Shown in pieces: positions 30,141 to 43,075 of a stretch of DNA of 64,000 nucleotides. The position numbers and the translations under genes are program-made. Below the pieces are notes generated by a model. It did not search any database and was not told the DNA's origin. It saw only the letters and a program-made list of their open reading frames with translations. Numbering within the stretch: the stretch's first letter is position 1; each line of letters starts with the position of its first letter. The DNA comes from Macrostomum lignano (lineage: Eukaryota), in the NCBI GenBank assembly GCA_002269645.1, contig NIVC01000442.1, positions 1 through 64,000 of the forward strand, in the 5' to 3' direction.

Positions 30141-30959
30141 ATTGTCATGCTTTTTAAAAAAGCAAATATATTTTCCAGCCAATCAGACCTTTCTCCACAT
30201 GCAGTAACCAGCAAGCAATGTTTTTTATTATTGTCTGACTCCAGAAGTCACCCCTTGAGTAGCTAATTTATAAGACAATAATTTTTAGCACTAGCAGCAG
30301 TTGCTCAGACCAGCTTACCTAAGCTCAGTGTTACTGAGCCATGAGGGGGAGTTGCAATGCTTAGCCGCCAGCCAGAGGAAGGGCGCGCGTGACAATACAG
30401 GCAGACTATAAAAAATCAATAGATTAGTTTAGCCTGTCAGGACCATATAGTTGGTTGAGCTGCCTCACTCGGAACGGAGTCACGCAGGAGGGGGGGTGCT
30501 CAGCACGTGTCGATTTGGGGGTCCACACGCTAGCAAGGGTGCTTCGGCATGGAGCTGTTCTAAAGTTATAAATCTTTACTGAAATCGAAAAAAAATAATT
30601 CCAGCAGTGAAGCAGCTCAGAGAATCGATTGAAATTAGAGAAACATAATCATTTTTTGCATTCGAGTGCACTTCGCATTGGGTTGGGACCGAATGTTTCA
30701 TAGCAACAGAATATTTTAGAAATATTCTCAAAATTTTCAAAATATTCTCAAACTCAAACTCAAAAATGAGCTCATTTTTGATCATTTGATTGACAGCTTA
30801 ACGAGAGTTGACAGATTTTTAACGATACTTAGCACAGGTGTTGACTAGGCTGCCATAGGTGCCAACTTGGAGTCATGTTGCTACAACTGAGCCACTGAAT
30901 GGGGTCTCGATCCCAATTGGTTTTAATTAGATTGGATTTCAGTAACTACATTCCAAAAG

Positions 30960-31465
30960 ATCTAACTAATATCGATCAGCTCAAACTTCAATAGATCAAA
31001 TATCGATCAGCTCAAACACGAATAGATCAAATATCGATCAGCTAAAACTCTAATGGTTCAAATATCGATCAGCTAAAACTCTAATGGTTCAAATATCGAT
31101 CAGCTCAAACTCCAATAGATCAAATATCGATCAGCTCAAACACGAATAGATCAAATATCGATCAGCTAAAACTCTAATGGTTCAAATATCGATCAGCTAA
31201 AACTCTAATGGTTCAAATATCGATCAGCTCAAACTCCAATAGATCAAATATCGATCAGCTCAAACTCCAATAGATCAAATATCTATCAGCTCAAACTCAA
31301 ATATCGATCAGCTCAAACTCCAATAGATCAAATATCGATCAGCTCAAACTCAAATATCGATCAGCTCAAACTCCAATAGATCAAATATCGATCAGCTCAA
31401 ACTCCAATGGTTCAAATATCGATCAGCTCAAACTCCAATGGTTCAAATATCGATCAGCTCAAACT
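30960..31465. repeat. ~31-bp minisatellite AAATATCGATCAGCTCAAACTCCAATAGATC
   Basis: About 16 copies. Confidence 0.92.
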
Positions 31466-31780
31466 CGAATATAAAACCCATTACACTTGCAGACCTTACA
31501 CACTCCATGCAAAGCAGATCAAGAGCTTACCCTATAAGCCAATATGCCGAGTCACCGAAGTTCGCAATAGCAGATCTGCACAGTTGGCGCCGGTCACAGT
31601 CTGGCCATTCTCAGCTGCTAGCTTAATAATTTATGCATGCGGTAGGGCTCAATGCTGGCAACAAAAATAATCACAGGAGCAGCCAGCCAGCTGGGCCAGA
31701 AAGGCGCGACAGGCCAGTTGAAACAAATTTTAATTGCCGAAGCCGCGGACCCACATAATTGGGCGGCGCGTCACCCAATA

Positions 31781-33271
31781 CTGTGTGCTGCTGTGAACTG
31801 TGTGCCACAATGAGAGCATTACCCTCTCTGCTGCTGTGAACTACCACAATGAGAGCATTACCCTCTCTGCTGCTGTGAACTGTGTGCCACAATGAGAGCA
31901 TTACCCTCTCTGCTGCTGTGAACTGTGTGCCACAATGAGAGCATTACCCTCTCTGCTGCTGTGAACTGTGTGCCACAATGAGAGCATTACCCTCTCTGCT
32001 GCTGTGAACTGTGTGCCACAATGAGAGCATTACCCTCTCTGCTGCTGTGAACTGTGTGCCACAATGAGAGCATTACCCTCTCTGCTGCTGTGAACTGTGT
32101 GCCACAATGAGAGCATTACCCTCTCTGCTGCTGTGAACTGTGTGCCACAATGGGAGCATTACCCTCTCTGCTGCTGTGAACTGTGTGCCACAATGGGAGC
32201 ATTACCCTCTCTGCTGCTGTGAACTGTGTGCCACAATGAGAGCATTACCCTCTCTGCTGCTGTGAACTACCACAATGAGAGCATTACCCTCTCTGCTGCT
32301 GTAAACTACCACAATGAGAGCATTACCCTCTCTGCTGCTGTAAACTACCACAATGGGAGCATTACCCTCTCTGCTGCTGTGAACTACCACAATGGGAGCA
32401 TTACCCTCTCTGCTGCTGTGAACTACCACAATGAGAGCATTACCCTCTCTGCTGCTGTAAACTACCACAATGGGAGCATTACCCTCTCTGCTGCTGTAAA
32501 CTACCACAATGGGAGCATTACCCTCTCCGCTGCTGTAAACTACCACAATGGGAGCATTACCCTCTCCGCTGCTGTAAACTACCACAATGGGAGCATTACC
32601 CTCTCTGCTGCTGTAAACTACCACAATGGGAGCATTACCGCAGGAATCATTATATATTTGGGGGTCGCGACTCCGACAACCCCACCTCATAACCGATAGG
32701 GTGTACATTGCAAAGCGTTACTAAACCCACCCAATCACAATCAGCCAGACAAGCAGAGTACACTTCACAGGAGCAATACCCTCTCTGTTGCTGTAAACTA
32801 CCACAATGGGAGCATTACCCTCTCTGCTGCTGTGAACTACCACAATGGGAGCATTACCCTCTCTGCTGCTGTGAACTACCACAATGGGAGCATTACCCTC
32901 TTTGCTGCTGTAAACTACCACAATGGGAGCATTAACGCAGGAAACATTATATATTTGGGGGTCGCGACTGCGACAACCCCACCTCATAACCGATAGGGTG
33001 TAAATTGCAAATCGTTACTAAACCCACCCAATCACAATCAGCCAGACAAGTAGAGTACACTTCACAGGAGCAATACCCTCTCTGTTGCTGTAAACTACCA
33101 CAATGGGAGCATTACCCTCTCTGCTGCTGTGAACTACCACAATGGGAGCATTACCCTCTCCGCTGCTGTAAACTACCACAATGGGAGCATTACCCTCTCT
33201 GCTGCTGTGAACTACCACAATGGGAGCATTACCCTCTTTGCTGCTGTAAACTACCACAATGGGAGCATTAA
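31781..33271. repeat. 39/42-bp minisatellite GCTGCTGTGAACTACCACAATGGGAGCATTACCCTCTCT, left part, interleaved with LTR fragments
   Basis: 42-bp variant units lie on the left and 39-bp units after them. It is interrupted by 130-bp LTR fragments at 32639-32769 and 32936-33065. Confidence 0.94.
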
Positions 33272-33699
33272 CGCAGGAAACATTATATATTTGGGGGTCG
33301 CGACTGCGACAACCCCACCTCATAACCGATAGGGTGTACATTGCAAATCGTTACTAAACCCACCCAATCACAATCAGCCAGACAAGCAGAGTACACTTCA
33401 CATCACTCCCACCCAAAATCGAACCGAAAAAGAACTACAAAAATGGAGTAGCAAAATCTCAATGAGCAAAAATTCGAGTAGCAACAATTCGAGTAATAAA
33501 ATATTATAATTTAAACGAAACCACAGCGACTCGCGCACATTTTAATATTTAGAAAATGAGGCTGTTGAGTTTTGAATACTAGCAAATTGAAGGACACGTA
33601 CACGGACCTAAAACTGGGCCTCAAAAGAATCAGGCGGCGTTCGGTTCCTCCCAGACAGCCGAGGCTGGGCAGCCTACGGCTCCTCGAACAGCTCCTTCC

Positions 33700-35105
33700 A
33701 GTCCTGCCGCAGGTCACCGTCGCCGTCCAGTCTCTCCGGGCGACTGTCGGGAGGCGGAGTCGGCTCAGGCGGCGGGCCCGCCAGCTGCGGCCGCCGCGGG
33801 GTGAAGGCCTTCAGGAGGTCGTGGTGCACCACCGAGCTCGGCAGCCGCCCGGTGCGCTTGGAGATGCGCTAGGTCACGGGCCCCAGCTTCTCCAGGACTC
33901 TGTAGGGCCCCATCCACCGCTGCTGCAGCGCCTTGCTCTGGCCCTTCCGCATCGCCGTGTTGCTGAGAAGCACCAGCTGGCCCACTCGAAGCGGCGTGAG
34001 GTTGGCGCGCTTGTTGTACTGCCGCTTCCTTGATGACTGGGACGCCAGCAGGCGCACGTGCACCAGCTGCAGACCACCTGACGGAGCTGCAACGGAATGA
34101 CTGGCTCGCCGCTGCGCCTGATGATGCCGCCGTCGTCGATCTCCAGCCGCTCAGCCGCCATGATGCCTGCTGCCTCGACCGCTGGCCTGCCTTGCCGCGG
34201 TGTCTGCCCAGGAGCTTTAGAATGGCGTCCAGCACCGCATCGGCATTCTGTGCGTCAAAGATGCCGCTGGTGGTCCAGGGAGGCGCCAGCCGAGTCGCCG
34301 CTGCCCTGCTCAGCGCATCCGCCACGACGTTGTCCTCACCAGGTCGGTAGAGCAGCTTAAAGTTCACTTCTTGGAGGGTGGTGATCCAACGAGCAAGACG
34401 GCCTTCGGGCTCCTTGGTGTTCAGCAGACCCTGCAGCGGCTTGTGATCGGTGAAGACCAACACGCCGCTCGCCGAGGCCAGGTAGTTGCGAAAGTGCTTC
34501 ATCGCCCACACGATCGCCAACAGCTCCCTGTGAGTAGTTGCGCTCGGCCTTGTTAAGCACTCTCGAGGTGAAGGCGACTGGGCACTCGACACTTGTTGAG
34601 CTTGTTGAGCTTGAGACCGGCCGACTGGAGCCTCTCCAGGACTTTCTCGAGCGTCTGTTACATGGCTGTCGAACGTTGAGCTGAATAGGATCAGGTCGTC
34701 CATCCATCTAGGTGAGCACCTCCGTCCAGTTCATGCCGCACATGGTCAGGTCCATGAGACGCTGGAAGGTTGCCGGTGCGTTGCACAATCCGAACCCCAG
34801 CTTCTTGTACTGCATCAGACCCTGGGTTCTGTAGAAGGCGGTCTTCTCGCGGTCCTTCTCCCTGATCTTCACCTGAAGAAAGCCCTGTCGGAGATCCAGC
34901 CTGCTGAACCAGCTACTCCCCGTCAGCGCGTCCAGGGCGACGAACAGCGGAGGCAGCGGGTAGGCGTCATTGATAGTGCACGCGTTAATGGCTCTCCAGT
35001 CGGTACAGATGCGAATGTCGTGATTTTTTTTCGAACAACAAGGAGGTTGCTTGCCCACGGGCTGCACGATGGCTCGATGATGCCGTGACGCCGCATCTCG
35101 CTGAT
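33700..35105 (-). pseudogene. Gypsy pol remnant (RT, RNase H, integrase C-terminus; protease and DDE core not seen)
   Basis: RT motifs IIEPSCSPWAS, ICTDWRAIN, YPLP, LDLRQGFLQV, KTAF, GFGLCNAPATFQRLMD and MDDLILFS are present. RNase H motifs RELLAIVWAMKHFRNYL, TDHKPL, RLARW, YRPGEDNVVADALSR follow, then the integrase tail WMGPYRVLEKLGPVT. There are multiple frameshifts, stops and deletions. Confidence 0.85.
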
Positions 35106-35107
35106 CT

Positions 35108-36130
35108 TGTTTGTAGAGTGTTATACCTCCCAGAAACGTTATAAAATTTTTTTAACATACTACTTATACATTTTTATTCAGTAGTAAGATAAGTAGCATG
35201 TATAATATCAAGTACTGAATCACAAGTATATTTTAGTCAACCAATCACAAGTAGAGAGTAAAGTCAAAACATGTTATTTTTATCAACCGACCAATCATGC
35301 GTGACCTACAATTGGCAGTTCAGACCCCATCAGCAATTCATCATTCGGTCTGCACCGAATGAACCAATCAAAAATAACCCAGCTACGGTAATCAATCATG
35401 CGCGTTTTCAGTAGACTTGTTGCTTAACTTTCTAGCCTTTCAAGCCTGACAGCAACCAAAGTGTGACCCTTTGACATTTAAGAAAATGTACCCAACGACC
35501 TCGCGAGGGGTCCGATTCTCTATCTATACAAGTGGTCCGGAGCGGACCGGAGCCTCAAGATTTTGCCTTGCAGAAGGAAGAAGAGCTCCGAAGAAGAAGT
35601 CATAAAAGGACTTTCTTCAGACCAAGTCAACCAGGACTCAGGTTAAGTTATTTGCGGTAAGCCTTGCTCATTTGCGCCAGGTGTTTGAGTCGACTCATTA
35701 TAATTGCTGTGTTTGAGTCTATTGAGACTCCATTGGTCGTAGTCTCCAGAAGGACTACCCTAATAGCCATTAGAAGACTATCAGTGAATACGGGAGCTAT
35801 ACCTAGGGTGCATTAAGACACCGCTAGAAGGAGAAGGCTTATTGAAGCCGCAAAGTGGCGCAGGGATCCCCATTTGTTAATACGAAGCTTCTGATTGGTC
35901 CGAACGACAGATACCGGCCGGAGACAACTTCGTTGGAAGTAAAAAGGAACCTGGACCAGAACAACTAAAACAAGACGTATGAACTGATTGAAACCGAGAA
36001 CTACGCACCGGAAGCGCTCTACTGATCAGGACTCAAGGTAACAGATACCTTCATTTGATTACTGGGTTGCCTAGCAGTAGCTAGAAGTGATTGTTCCTTG
36101 ATTACTAAGAAAGTCTTGGTGGTAGGAACA
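35108..36130. mobile_element. ~1.0-kb insertion nested in the Gypsy RT N-terminus; candidate solo LTR
   Basis: The host reading RQPADDM|ISEMRRHGII is interrupted here. The ends are TGTT...AACA, and the interior has several CCAAT boxes and TATA-like motifs with no ORF. No exact TSD was resolved. Confidence 0.55.
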
Positions 36131-36689
36131 CATCATGTCGTCCGCCGGCTGTCGGAAGCTGAGGGGGACCGTCCGCTGCCGCTGCTTGATGGGACGGCTG
36201 CCGGGCTCCAGGTTGATTTCATGCAGCAGCAGAGGTGTTGTGCCGAGGTCGAACTCGTAGCTGGCGAACGATTTCTCGTGCTGAAAAAGCAGATGCTCTA
36301 CTCTCTCTCTGTCAGGATCGCTGAGCGCCGGGTTGATGTTGAAGTCAGCATCCTCGCTGTTGCTGCTGCCGCGCTCCGCGAGTTCTGCCGCATCGAAACT
36401 GCCAATCGCCTGATTCTCGTACAGCATCACTGGGTCGGCACCCAGGTTGCAGATGCCCACGGGCAGGCCACCTTCAGTGCTGGACACCGCGAGCACCCTG
36501 TTTGATAGCAGCTCCGTCTTGTCAGAAGTCAGAGTTCGGCTCGAAAACGTTCACCAGTCCTCAGCAGTTTTCCGAAGCCGGAGTTGGACAGGCTTCGGTG
36601 CGGTGCCCTCTGCCCGAGCAGCGGTAGCAGGTGATCTGGGGCGCTGAAGCGGACTGTCGGCTTGGGCATTGGGCGCAAAGTGGCCAGGC

Positions 36690-37423
36690 ATTGACCAGTT
36701 GAAGCACTTGCCGCGGCCACCTCTTCCTCGAGCGCTGCCACTGCTTCGACTGCCGCCTCTTCCTCCTCCCTGCTGTCCGCCGCGCATACCGATGGTGGCG
36801 ACAGTGGCGGCCAGCTCCGTCAGCTGCTCCTATATCCGGCCCAGCTGGTCTGCCATCGGGTTGCTCGCTGTGGTCGCCGCTACGCTGGCCATCGCTCCCC
36901 TGTTGCCATTGATGCTCTCCAGCGCTGTGGCACGGTCAGCCACCGTCTCAGGACTGATAGTGTTGCAGTCACATTGCTTCAGCAGCGATTCCCTGATGTC
37001 CTTGGGAACAACGCCAGTAGCCCGGTGACGCAACTCGCAGTCTCTCACTTGCTGGCTGTGGTCCGGGCGTGCCTTACGGTACAGCAGCTTCAGTGCGAAG
37101 CACAATTCCCGTAGTTACTCTCCTTGGCGCCGTTTTCTAGTTTCGAAGTCAGTCATGGCGCGGAAGGTGTTCTTCTTACTGCCGTAGAAGGCAATCAGCG
37201 CCTGTTTGATGCTCTTATAGCTTGCTTTCTTTGCCCCTTCAAGCTCCCATACGAACACCAGCGCCTCTCCCGTCAGCAGCAGCTTAATCTTGGATGCACT
37301 TTTGCTGTCATTCCACTCAGAATCGTTGGCGAAATCTTCAAACATCTGCAGCCACATATGGATGTCAGAATCTGCAGAGCCAGAGAACTTAGTAGGTAAG
37401 AGTGCGCTGAGTTGCTTGTCCAT
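36690..37423 (-). pseudogene. Gypsy gag remnant
   Basis: MDKQLSALLPTKFSGSADSDIHMWLQMFEDFA...KIKLLLTGEA is followed by an in-frame nonsense codon (GE*LRELCFA at 37115-37117), then frameshifts and a degenerate CCHC knuckle. Confidence 0.8.
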
Positions 37424-37461
37424 GATTTAGCAAAACTAGGCTGACTGACTGACTGAGTCAT

Positions 37462-37472
37462 CGCTGCCACCA
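37462..37472 (-). other. Primer-binding site, complementary to the 3' end of tRNA-Leu
   Basis: TGGTGGCAGCG lies 1 nt after the LTR CA end. It matches the reverse complement of the eukaryotic tRNA-Leu 3' end (...CGCUGCCACCA), recalled from known sequences. Confidence 0.65.
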
Positions 37473-37655
37473 ATGTAAGGCAGGTAGTGCTGGAACGATA
37501 CGGTCTTGCAAACTGCAAGGACGCGCAGGAAACATTATATATTTGGGGGGTCGCGACTGCGACAACCCCACCTCATAACCGATAGGGTGTACATTGCAAA
37601 GCGTTACTAAACTCACCCAATCACAATCAGCCAGACAAGCAGAGTACACTTCACA

Positions 37656-38105
37656 GGAGCAATACCCTCTCTGTTGCTGTAAACTACCACAATGGGAGCA
37701 TTACCCTCTCTGCTGCTGTGAACTACCACAATGGGAGCATTACCCTCTCTGCTGCTGTGAACTACCACAATGGGAGCATTACCCTCTCTGCTGCTGTGAA
37801 CTACTACAATGGGAGCATTACCCTCTCTGCTGCTGTAAACTACCACAATGGGAGCATTACCCTCTCTGCTGCTGTGAACTACCACAATGAGAGCATTACC
37901 CTCTCTGCTGCTGTAAACTACTACAATGGGAGCATTACCCTCTCTGCTGCTGTAAACTACCACAATGGGAGCATTACCCTCTCTGCTGCTGTGAACTACC
38001 ACAATGGGAGCATTACCCTCTCTGCTGCTGTGAACTACCACAATGAGAGCATTACCCTCTCTGCTGCTGTAAACTACCACAATGGGAGCATTACCCTCTT
38101 TGATG
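37656..38105. repeat. 39-bp minisatellite, right part (same family as 31781-33271)
   Basis: It resumes immediately after the Gypsy 5' LTR. Confidence 0.94.
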
Positions 38106-38869
38106 CTGTGCCGTTTCAAAGCAAAAAAATCATATTTGTTATTGTGCTGAAGATCTTGAACGTCAGTCAGGCTTCTGATTATGATGAAAGGGAAACCATC
38201 GGAGTCTGAAATCGAGCTGCGCGTGAGCACTGATAACCAAAACTTTTGAGCTGCTAATTTCAACATCTAGGATGTTCATGGACACAAGGGCAAAAGTTTA
38301 TTGGACACTATTCTTTTGGTGCTTATGTTCGATGCCTTTAGCAGAGAAGGCAATGCTCAAGAGCCTCAGGCTGATAATACCTGCTCGCCGAGCAAGTATA
38401 TTTTTGGTCTATTGGTCGCACTTGGAAAAGAACAAGCTGCACTTCAGGCAGGAACTTTAGCCGCACAATTCCAACACCAGGAATGAGCAGGCGTACTGGT
38501 CAGCATTAGCGAATTCTAATTAAATTAATTCTCTGCGGACTCTACTCTACGGCAAGGCTTACCCTATATGGGTCTTACTGACTCAACAGCATCATTGAAT
38601 TAATTTGCAAGGCTACTTACTGTACGGGTTATGAGTTAGTTGTGTGTGTACTCTTATGTGCTCAGGCGTCAGCGAAATGGGCAAAATAAAGCATAAATTT
38701 CGTTGCAATTCAATAAGAACTGTAAAAACAAACAAGAGCAGTTTAATTTAAGTGAAACCTTTATGAAAATATGAAGAGCCGTGAATTAAAAACAACAGAA
38801 TGCAGGAGTAGGGGCTTTAAGAAACCAAGGATTAAAAACTGAGGATTGAAATAAACAGACAGAAAGAGA

Positions 38870-39765
38870 GTTGACACACGGATAGAGAGTAGAGACACAC
38901 GGATAGAGTGGACACACGGATAGAGTGGACACACGGATAGAGAGTAGAGACACACGGATAGAGAGTAGAGACATACGGATAGAGTGGACACACGGATAGA
39001 GAGTAGAGACACACGGATAGAGAGTAGAGACATACGGATAGAGTGGACACACGGATAGAGTGGACACACGGATAGAGAGTAGAGACACACGGATAGAGAG
39101 TAGAGACATACGGATAGAGTGGACACATGGATAGAGCGTAGAGACACATGGATAGAGAGTAGAGACACGCGGATAGAGTGGACACACGGATAAAGAGTAG
39201 AGACACACGGATAGAGTGGACACACGGATAGAGTGGACACACGGATAGAGTGGACACACGGATAGAGAGTAGAGACACACGGATAGAGTGGACACACGGA
39301 TAAAGAGTAGAGACACACGGATAGAGTGGACACACGAATAGAGTGGACACACGGATAGAGAGTAGAGACACACGGATAGACTGGACACACGGAGACTGGA
39401 CACACGGATAGAGTAGAGACACCCGGATAGACTGGACACACGGATAGAGAGTAGAGACACACGGATATAGAGTAGAGACACCCGGATGGGAAGTAGAGAC
39501 ACCCACACCCGGGTGGAGAGTAAAGACACCCGGATGGAGAGTAGAGACACCCGGGTGGAGAGTAAAGACACCCGGATGGAGAGTAGAGACACCCGGATAT
39601 AGAGTAGAGACACACGGATGGGGAGTAGAGACACCCGGAAGGAGAGTAGAGACACCCGGAAGGAGAGTAGACACCCGGAAGGAGAGTAGAGACACCCGGA
39701 TGGAGAGTAGAGACACACGGATGGAGAGTAGAGCCACCCGGATGGAGAGTAGAAAAACAAGGGTA
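38870..39765. repeat. Modular 17-21-bp minisatellite (GAGTAGAGACACACGGATA / GAGTGGACACACGGATA)
   Basis: It is the source of the spurious CLYSLSV / VSTLYPC ORFs. Confidence 0.92.
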
Positions 39766-40150
39766 GAGACAGGCAGATAGACAGAGTTTACTCTCCGCAT
39801 TATTGTAATAACTGTTATATCAAAGTCCGATACACTTTAGTGAGACGAAAGGCGCCTCAAAGCCGTTCTGAAATAATTAATGAAGGCAACTCATTGTATA
39901 TTTAGGCCACAAAATCTCATATTACTGAAAAAACTGGGAAGTCAGTCTGTAACTACAGATGAAAAAGCATAGATCTCTCTGAGGATCTAACAATCAACTA
40001 CAAATACATCAGTTCGTGATTAAGGCAAATCCGCGGTCAAATTATAAATTTTGTACACAATTCGAATTTAATACTAATAAAATCAATAATTTGTCAGGTT
40101 TGTGCTAATGCATAAAAATACTCGTACAAGAAATTAAACAAATAATTATA

Positions 40151-41507
40151 GTATAGCTTCTTGCAGCCCATCCGGGCCCACGCGCACTGAATTTAATCCA
40201 AGATACGTCTGTCAAAGTAACGGAGCTCTTGTCCATGGCAGCAAGGCTGGCACAGCGGCATTTAGTTTGGTCTAACAAGCATCAATTTGGTCCAACAAGC
40301 ATCAATTTGGTCCAACAAGCATCAATTCGGTCCAACAAGCATCAATTTGGTCCAACAAGCATCAATTTGGTCCAACAAGCATCAATTTGGTCCAACAAGC
40401 ATCAATTCGGTCCAACAAGCATCAATTTGGTCTAACAAGCATCAATTTGGTCCAACAAGCATCAATTTGGTCCAACAAGCATCAATTCGGTCCAACAAGC
40501 ATCAATTTGGTCCAACAAGCATCAATTTGGTCCAACAAGCATCAATTTGGTCCAACAAGCATCAATTTGGTCCAACAAGCATCAATTCGGTCCAACAAGC
40601 ATCAATTTGGTCTAACAAGCATCAATTTGGTCCAACAAGCATCAATTTGGTCCAACAAGCATCAATTCGGTCCAACAAGCATCAATTTGGTCCAACAAGC
40701 ATCAATTCGGTCCAACAAGCATCAATTTGGTCCAACAAGCATCAATTCGGTCCAACAAGCATCAATTTGGTCCAACAAGCATCAATTTGGTCCAACAAGC
40801 ATCAATTTGGTCCAACAAGCATCAATTTGGTCCAACAAGCATCAATTCGGTCCAACAAGCATCAATTTAATCCAACAAGCATCAATTTGGTCCAAACGCT
40901 CGTGAGCCATTGGAGAAACCCCTGCCCCCTCGCAACCGTCTGCGGGTTGTTGCGTACCGCTGGGATGTCAGCATCTCTCTACCAACAATTTTCAGTCGCT
41001 TTTCCAGAGCTCTGCTGATGGTCGAAATCTGATAACCAACCGGAACTGTTCCTTCAACTTCTGCTGCATTTCTGCACTGTCAACAAAAGATTCGTCTCAA
41101 CTGCATTGAGTAGCAGTTGGACCGGAGGCTCTCGCAACTTGCCTTGGCGATTGCCACCCCTTTGCAGGCAATCTCTGCCGGCAGAGTTTCAACGCGCTGA
41201 TGGATGCTGTAAACCATCTTTTCTTTTACATTCAGCAACCTCGCAATGTCCTTTGGGTGTTCACCTCTGTCGAGTGCTTCGATCACAAGCCAATGGCATT
41301 CGTTGGCACAGCACATGGTCCACAATTCTGGGGCTGATCTTGCTCCTCCGCAGCAGTTGCAAATGAAGCTATGGACCAAATTGATGCTTTTTGAAATGCC
41401 GCTGTGCCAGCCTTGCTACCATAGACAAAAGCTCCGTTACATTGGCAAACGTATCTCGGATCAAATTCAATGCGCGTAGGCCCAAATGGACTGCAAAAAG
41501 CTCTACA
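40151..41507 (-). mobile_element. Decayed Tc1/mariner-like DNA transposon remnant
   Basis: About 135-bp imperfect inverted arms (40151-~40285 vs ~41373-41507) enclose a stop-containing HTH-like frame, VIEALDRGEHPKDIARLLNVKEKMVYSI...ISTISRALEKRLKIVGREMLT (~41290-40930). No DDE domain is seen. Confidence 0.5.
40265..40895. repeat. 20-bp minisatellite CCAACAAGCATCAATTTGGT (~31 copies)
   Basis: Tandem array inside the Tc1-like remnant. Confidence 0.95.
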
Positions 41508-43075
41508 TTTTTCTCAGCCAAGTTGATAGTTATGCCAATCAAGTTCAGAATTCTCCTTCTTGTGCTGATGTCTATGGCCGAATCATCAACTTGCTTGGCC
41601 TTTTTTCGCCGTCAGTGTTTTTTGTCTATGGGCAAGACCAAATCTGCTGCTGATAAATGCAGACTCTATTATACCCCTAGATTGCGCGAAAACCCCGGGG
41701 TTTGAGACTGTAGCTTTTACTGCTCTCAAGCATTAGCAGCAGCGGCAAGTGTCTGTGGCGCTAAACCCCGGGGTTTTCAGTGCCTCGGAGACGGCCGCTC
41801 AACTCTACCGTTAAGGGCTTATAGCTTTCTCCTAGGCTCAATTAGCTTGTTTAATTGAGTTGTGAGCTTATAGTAGTTGATAGAGCAGTGCTCGGGCTTG
41901 TCTTTTAGACACAGGACAGAGAGACCAGCAGGCAGCTTTCGAAGCAAAAAAGTAACACAAGGATTGAGAGAGCAGATCATGGAGAATAGCATGCACCGTT
42001 TTTAGGCAAAATACCTTCTATATACTACTGAATACTAGCGTTTCAAAAGATAATGGCACTGAATTATTGGACAAAAGCAACGTCAAAAATGGTTTTATGT
42101 TAAGCTAATCTGATAAACTTAGATTGCTACCGGTTCGCAGGTTGAAATTAATGGACTCTACGGATAATAAATAAAAATAATAAAATTCACATTTTTAACT
42201 GTGTTATATCATACTTCCCAATTAGATTCAATTATACCGCTTTCATAGCAGCTGGTAGGATCAATTACTGCTGAGGGGATGAACCCCCCCCCCAGAAAGG
42301 CGTCGATCACTCAGTCTCAGGATGAGATCAATTTAGGAGTGGGCCATCTCAGAATGGAATCAATACAGAATGGGATTAATGCTCGTACAGGATGGTATCA
42401 TCTCATGATGGGATCATCTCAGGATGGGATCATCTCAGGATCACAGATACTACAATTTTACTATCTACTAGATTTTAGTATCTGTGCTCAGGATGGAATC
42501 ATCACATGATGGGATCATCTCATGATGGGATCATCTCATGATGGCATCATCTCATGCACGCGAAGGCGTATTCAGCATGCCAGTGAAGTATGAGACAGAC
42601 TAGGCCCATGGGCTAAGGTCTGCGATGCTTCACGCCTGCCCCTATCTTCAGCAGGTCAAGGCTGGTGGGAGGTCTGCACCCTCTATTTGCCTCTGGCAGC
42701 CGCAGACCCCCCCCCCCACGCTGTCTCGCAAGTCGACCCAGGGTACTCGTCCCCGCGTGTGTTCAAGGCAGTCCCTAGGGCTGCTGGACAGACTGGGCTC
42801 CGGCGCTGGCGACCCTATCCAGTGGCTTCGGCCGAATTTGGGTATGCGGGTCTGGCTCGCCAACCTGCAGGCCGTGGTACTGCTCAACGTACTCTCTAAT
42901 GCCTAAGGTGTTGACCGTGCCGATGGGCTGGAAGGCCGGGGAGTAGTCCGGTCGCAAGCGGTCCCCCTCCTGGTGTCGGGCCAGCCTTGAGGGTGCTATT
43001 GGCCTACTGCCCGGTCAGGTGGAGCGGCCGGGTGGGTACCGCGCCCCTTTGAGGGTAGCCCACCAACCTTTTATC

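Larger units (their letters stand above)
33272..37655 (-). mobile_element. Degenerate Ty3/Gypsy LTR retrotransposon (non-autonomous)
   Basis: The 5' LTR is 37655-37474 (TGTGAAG...TTACA, 182 bp). The PBS TGGTGGCAGCG follows at 37472-37462, and the PPT GGGTGGGAGTGA lies just before the 3' LTR start at 33402. The 3' LTR is truncated at 33272. Internal remnants in Gypsy order: gag, degenerate Zn knuckle (CFNWSMPGHF), RT, RNase H, and the C-terminal part of integrase. Confidence 0.9.

Noticed and set aside
38200-38490. Short ORFs right of the 39-bp array, and ORF 63685-63948
   Set aside because: They show no family motifs and no convincing splice context.
42555-42700. HDV-like ribozyme at the LINE 5' end (GGCTAAG motif)
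   Set aside because: The region folds as a simple nested hairpin. I could not build the P1/P2/P3/P1.1 double pseudoknot in the required order, so a covariance-model search would be needed.
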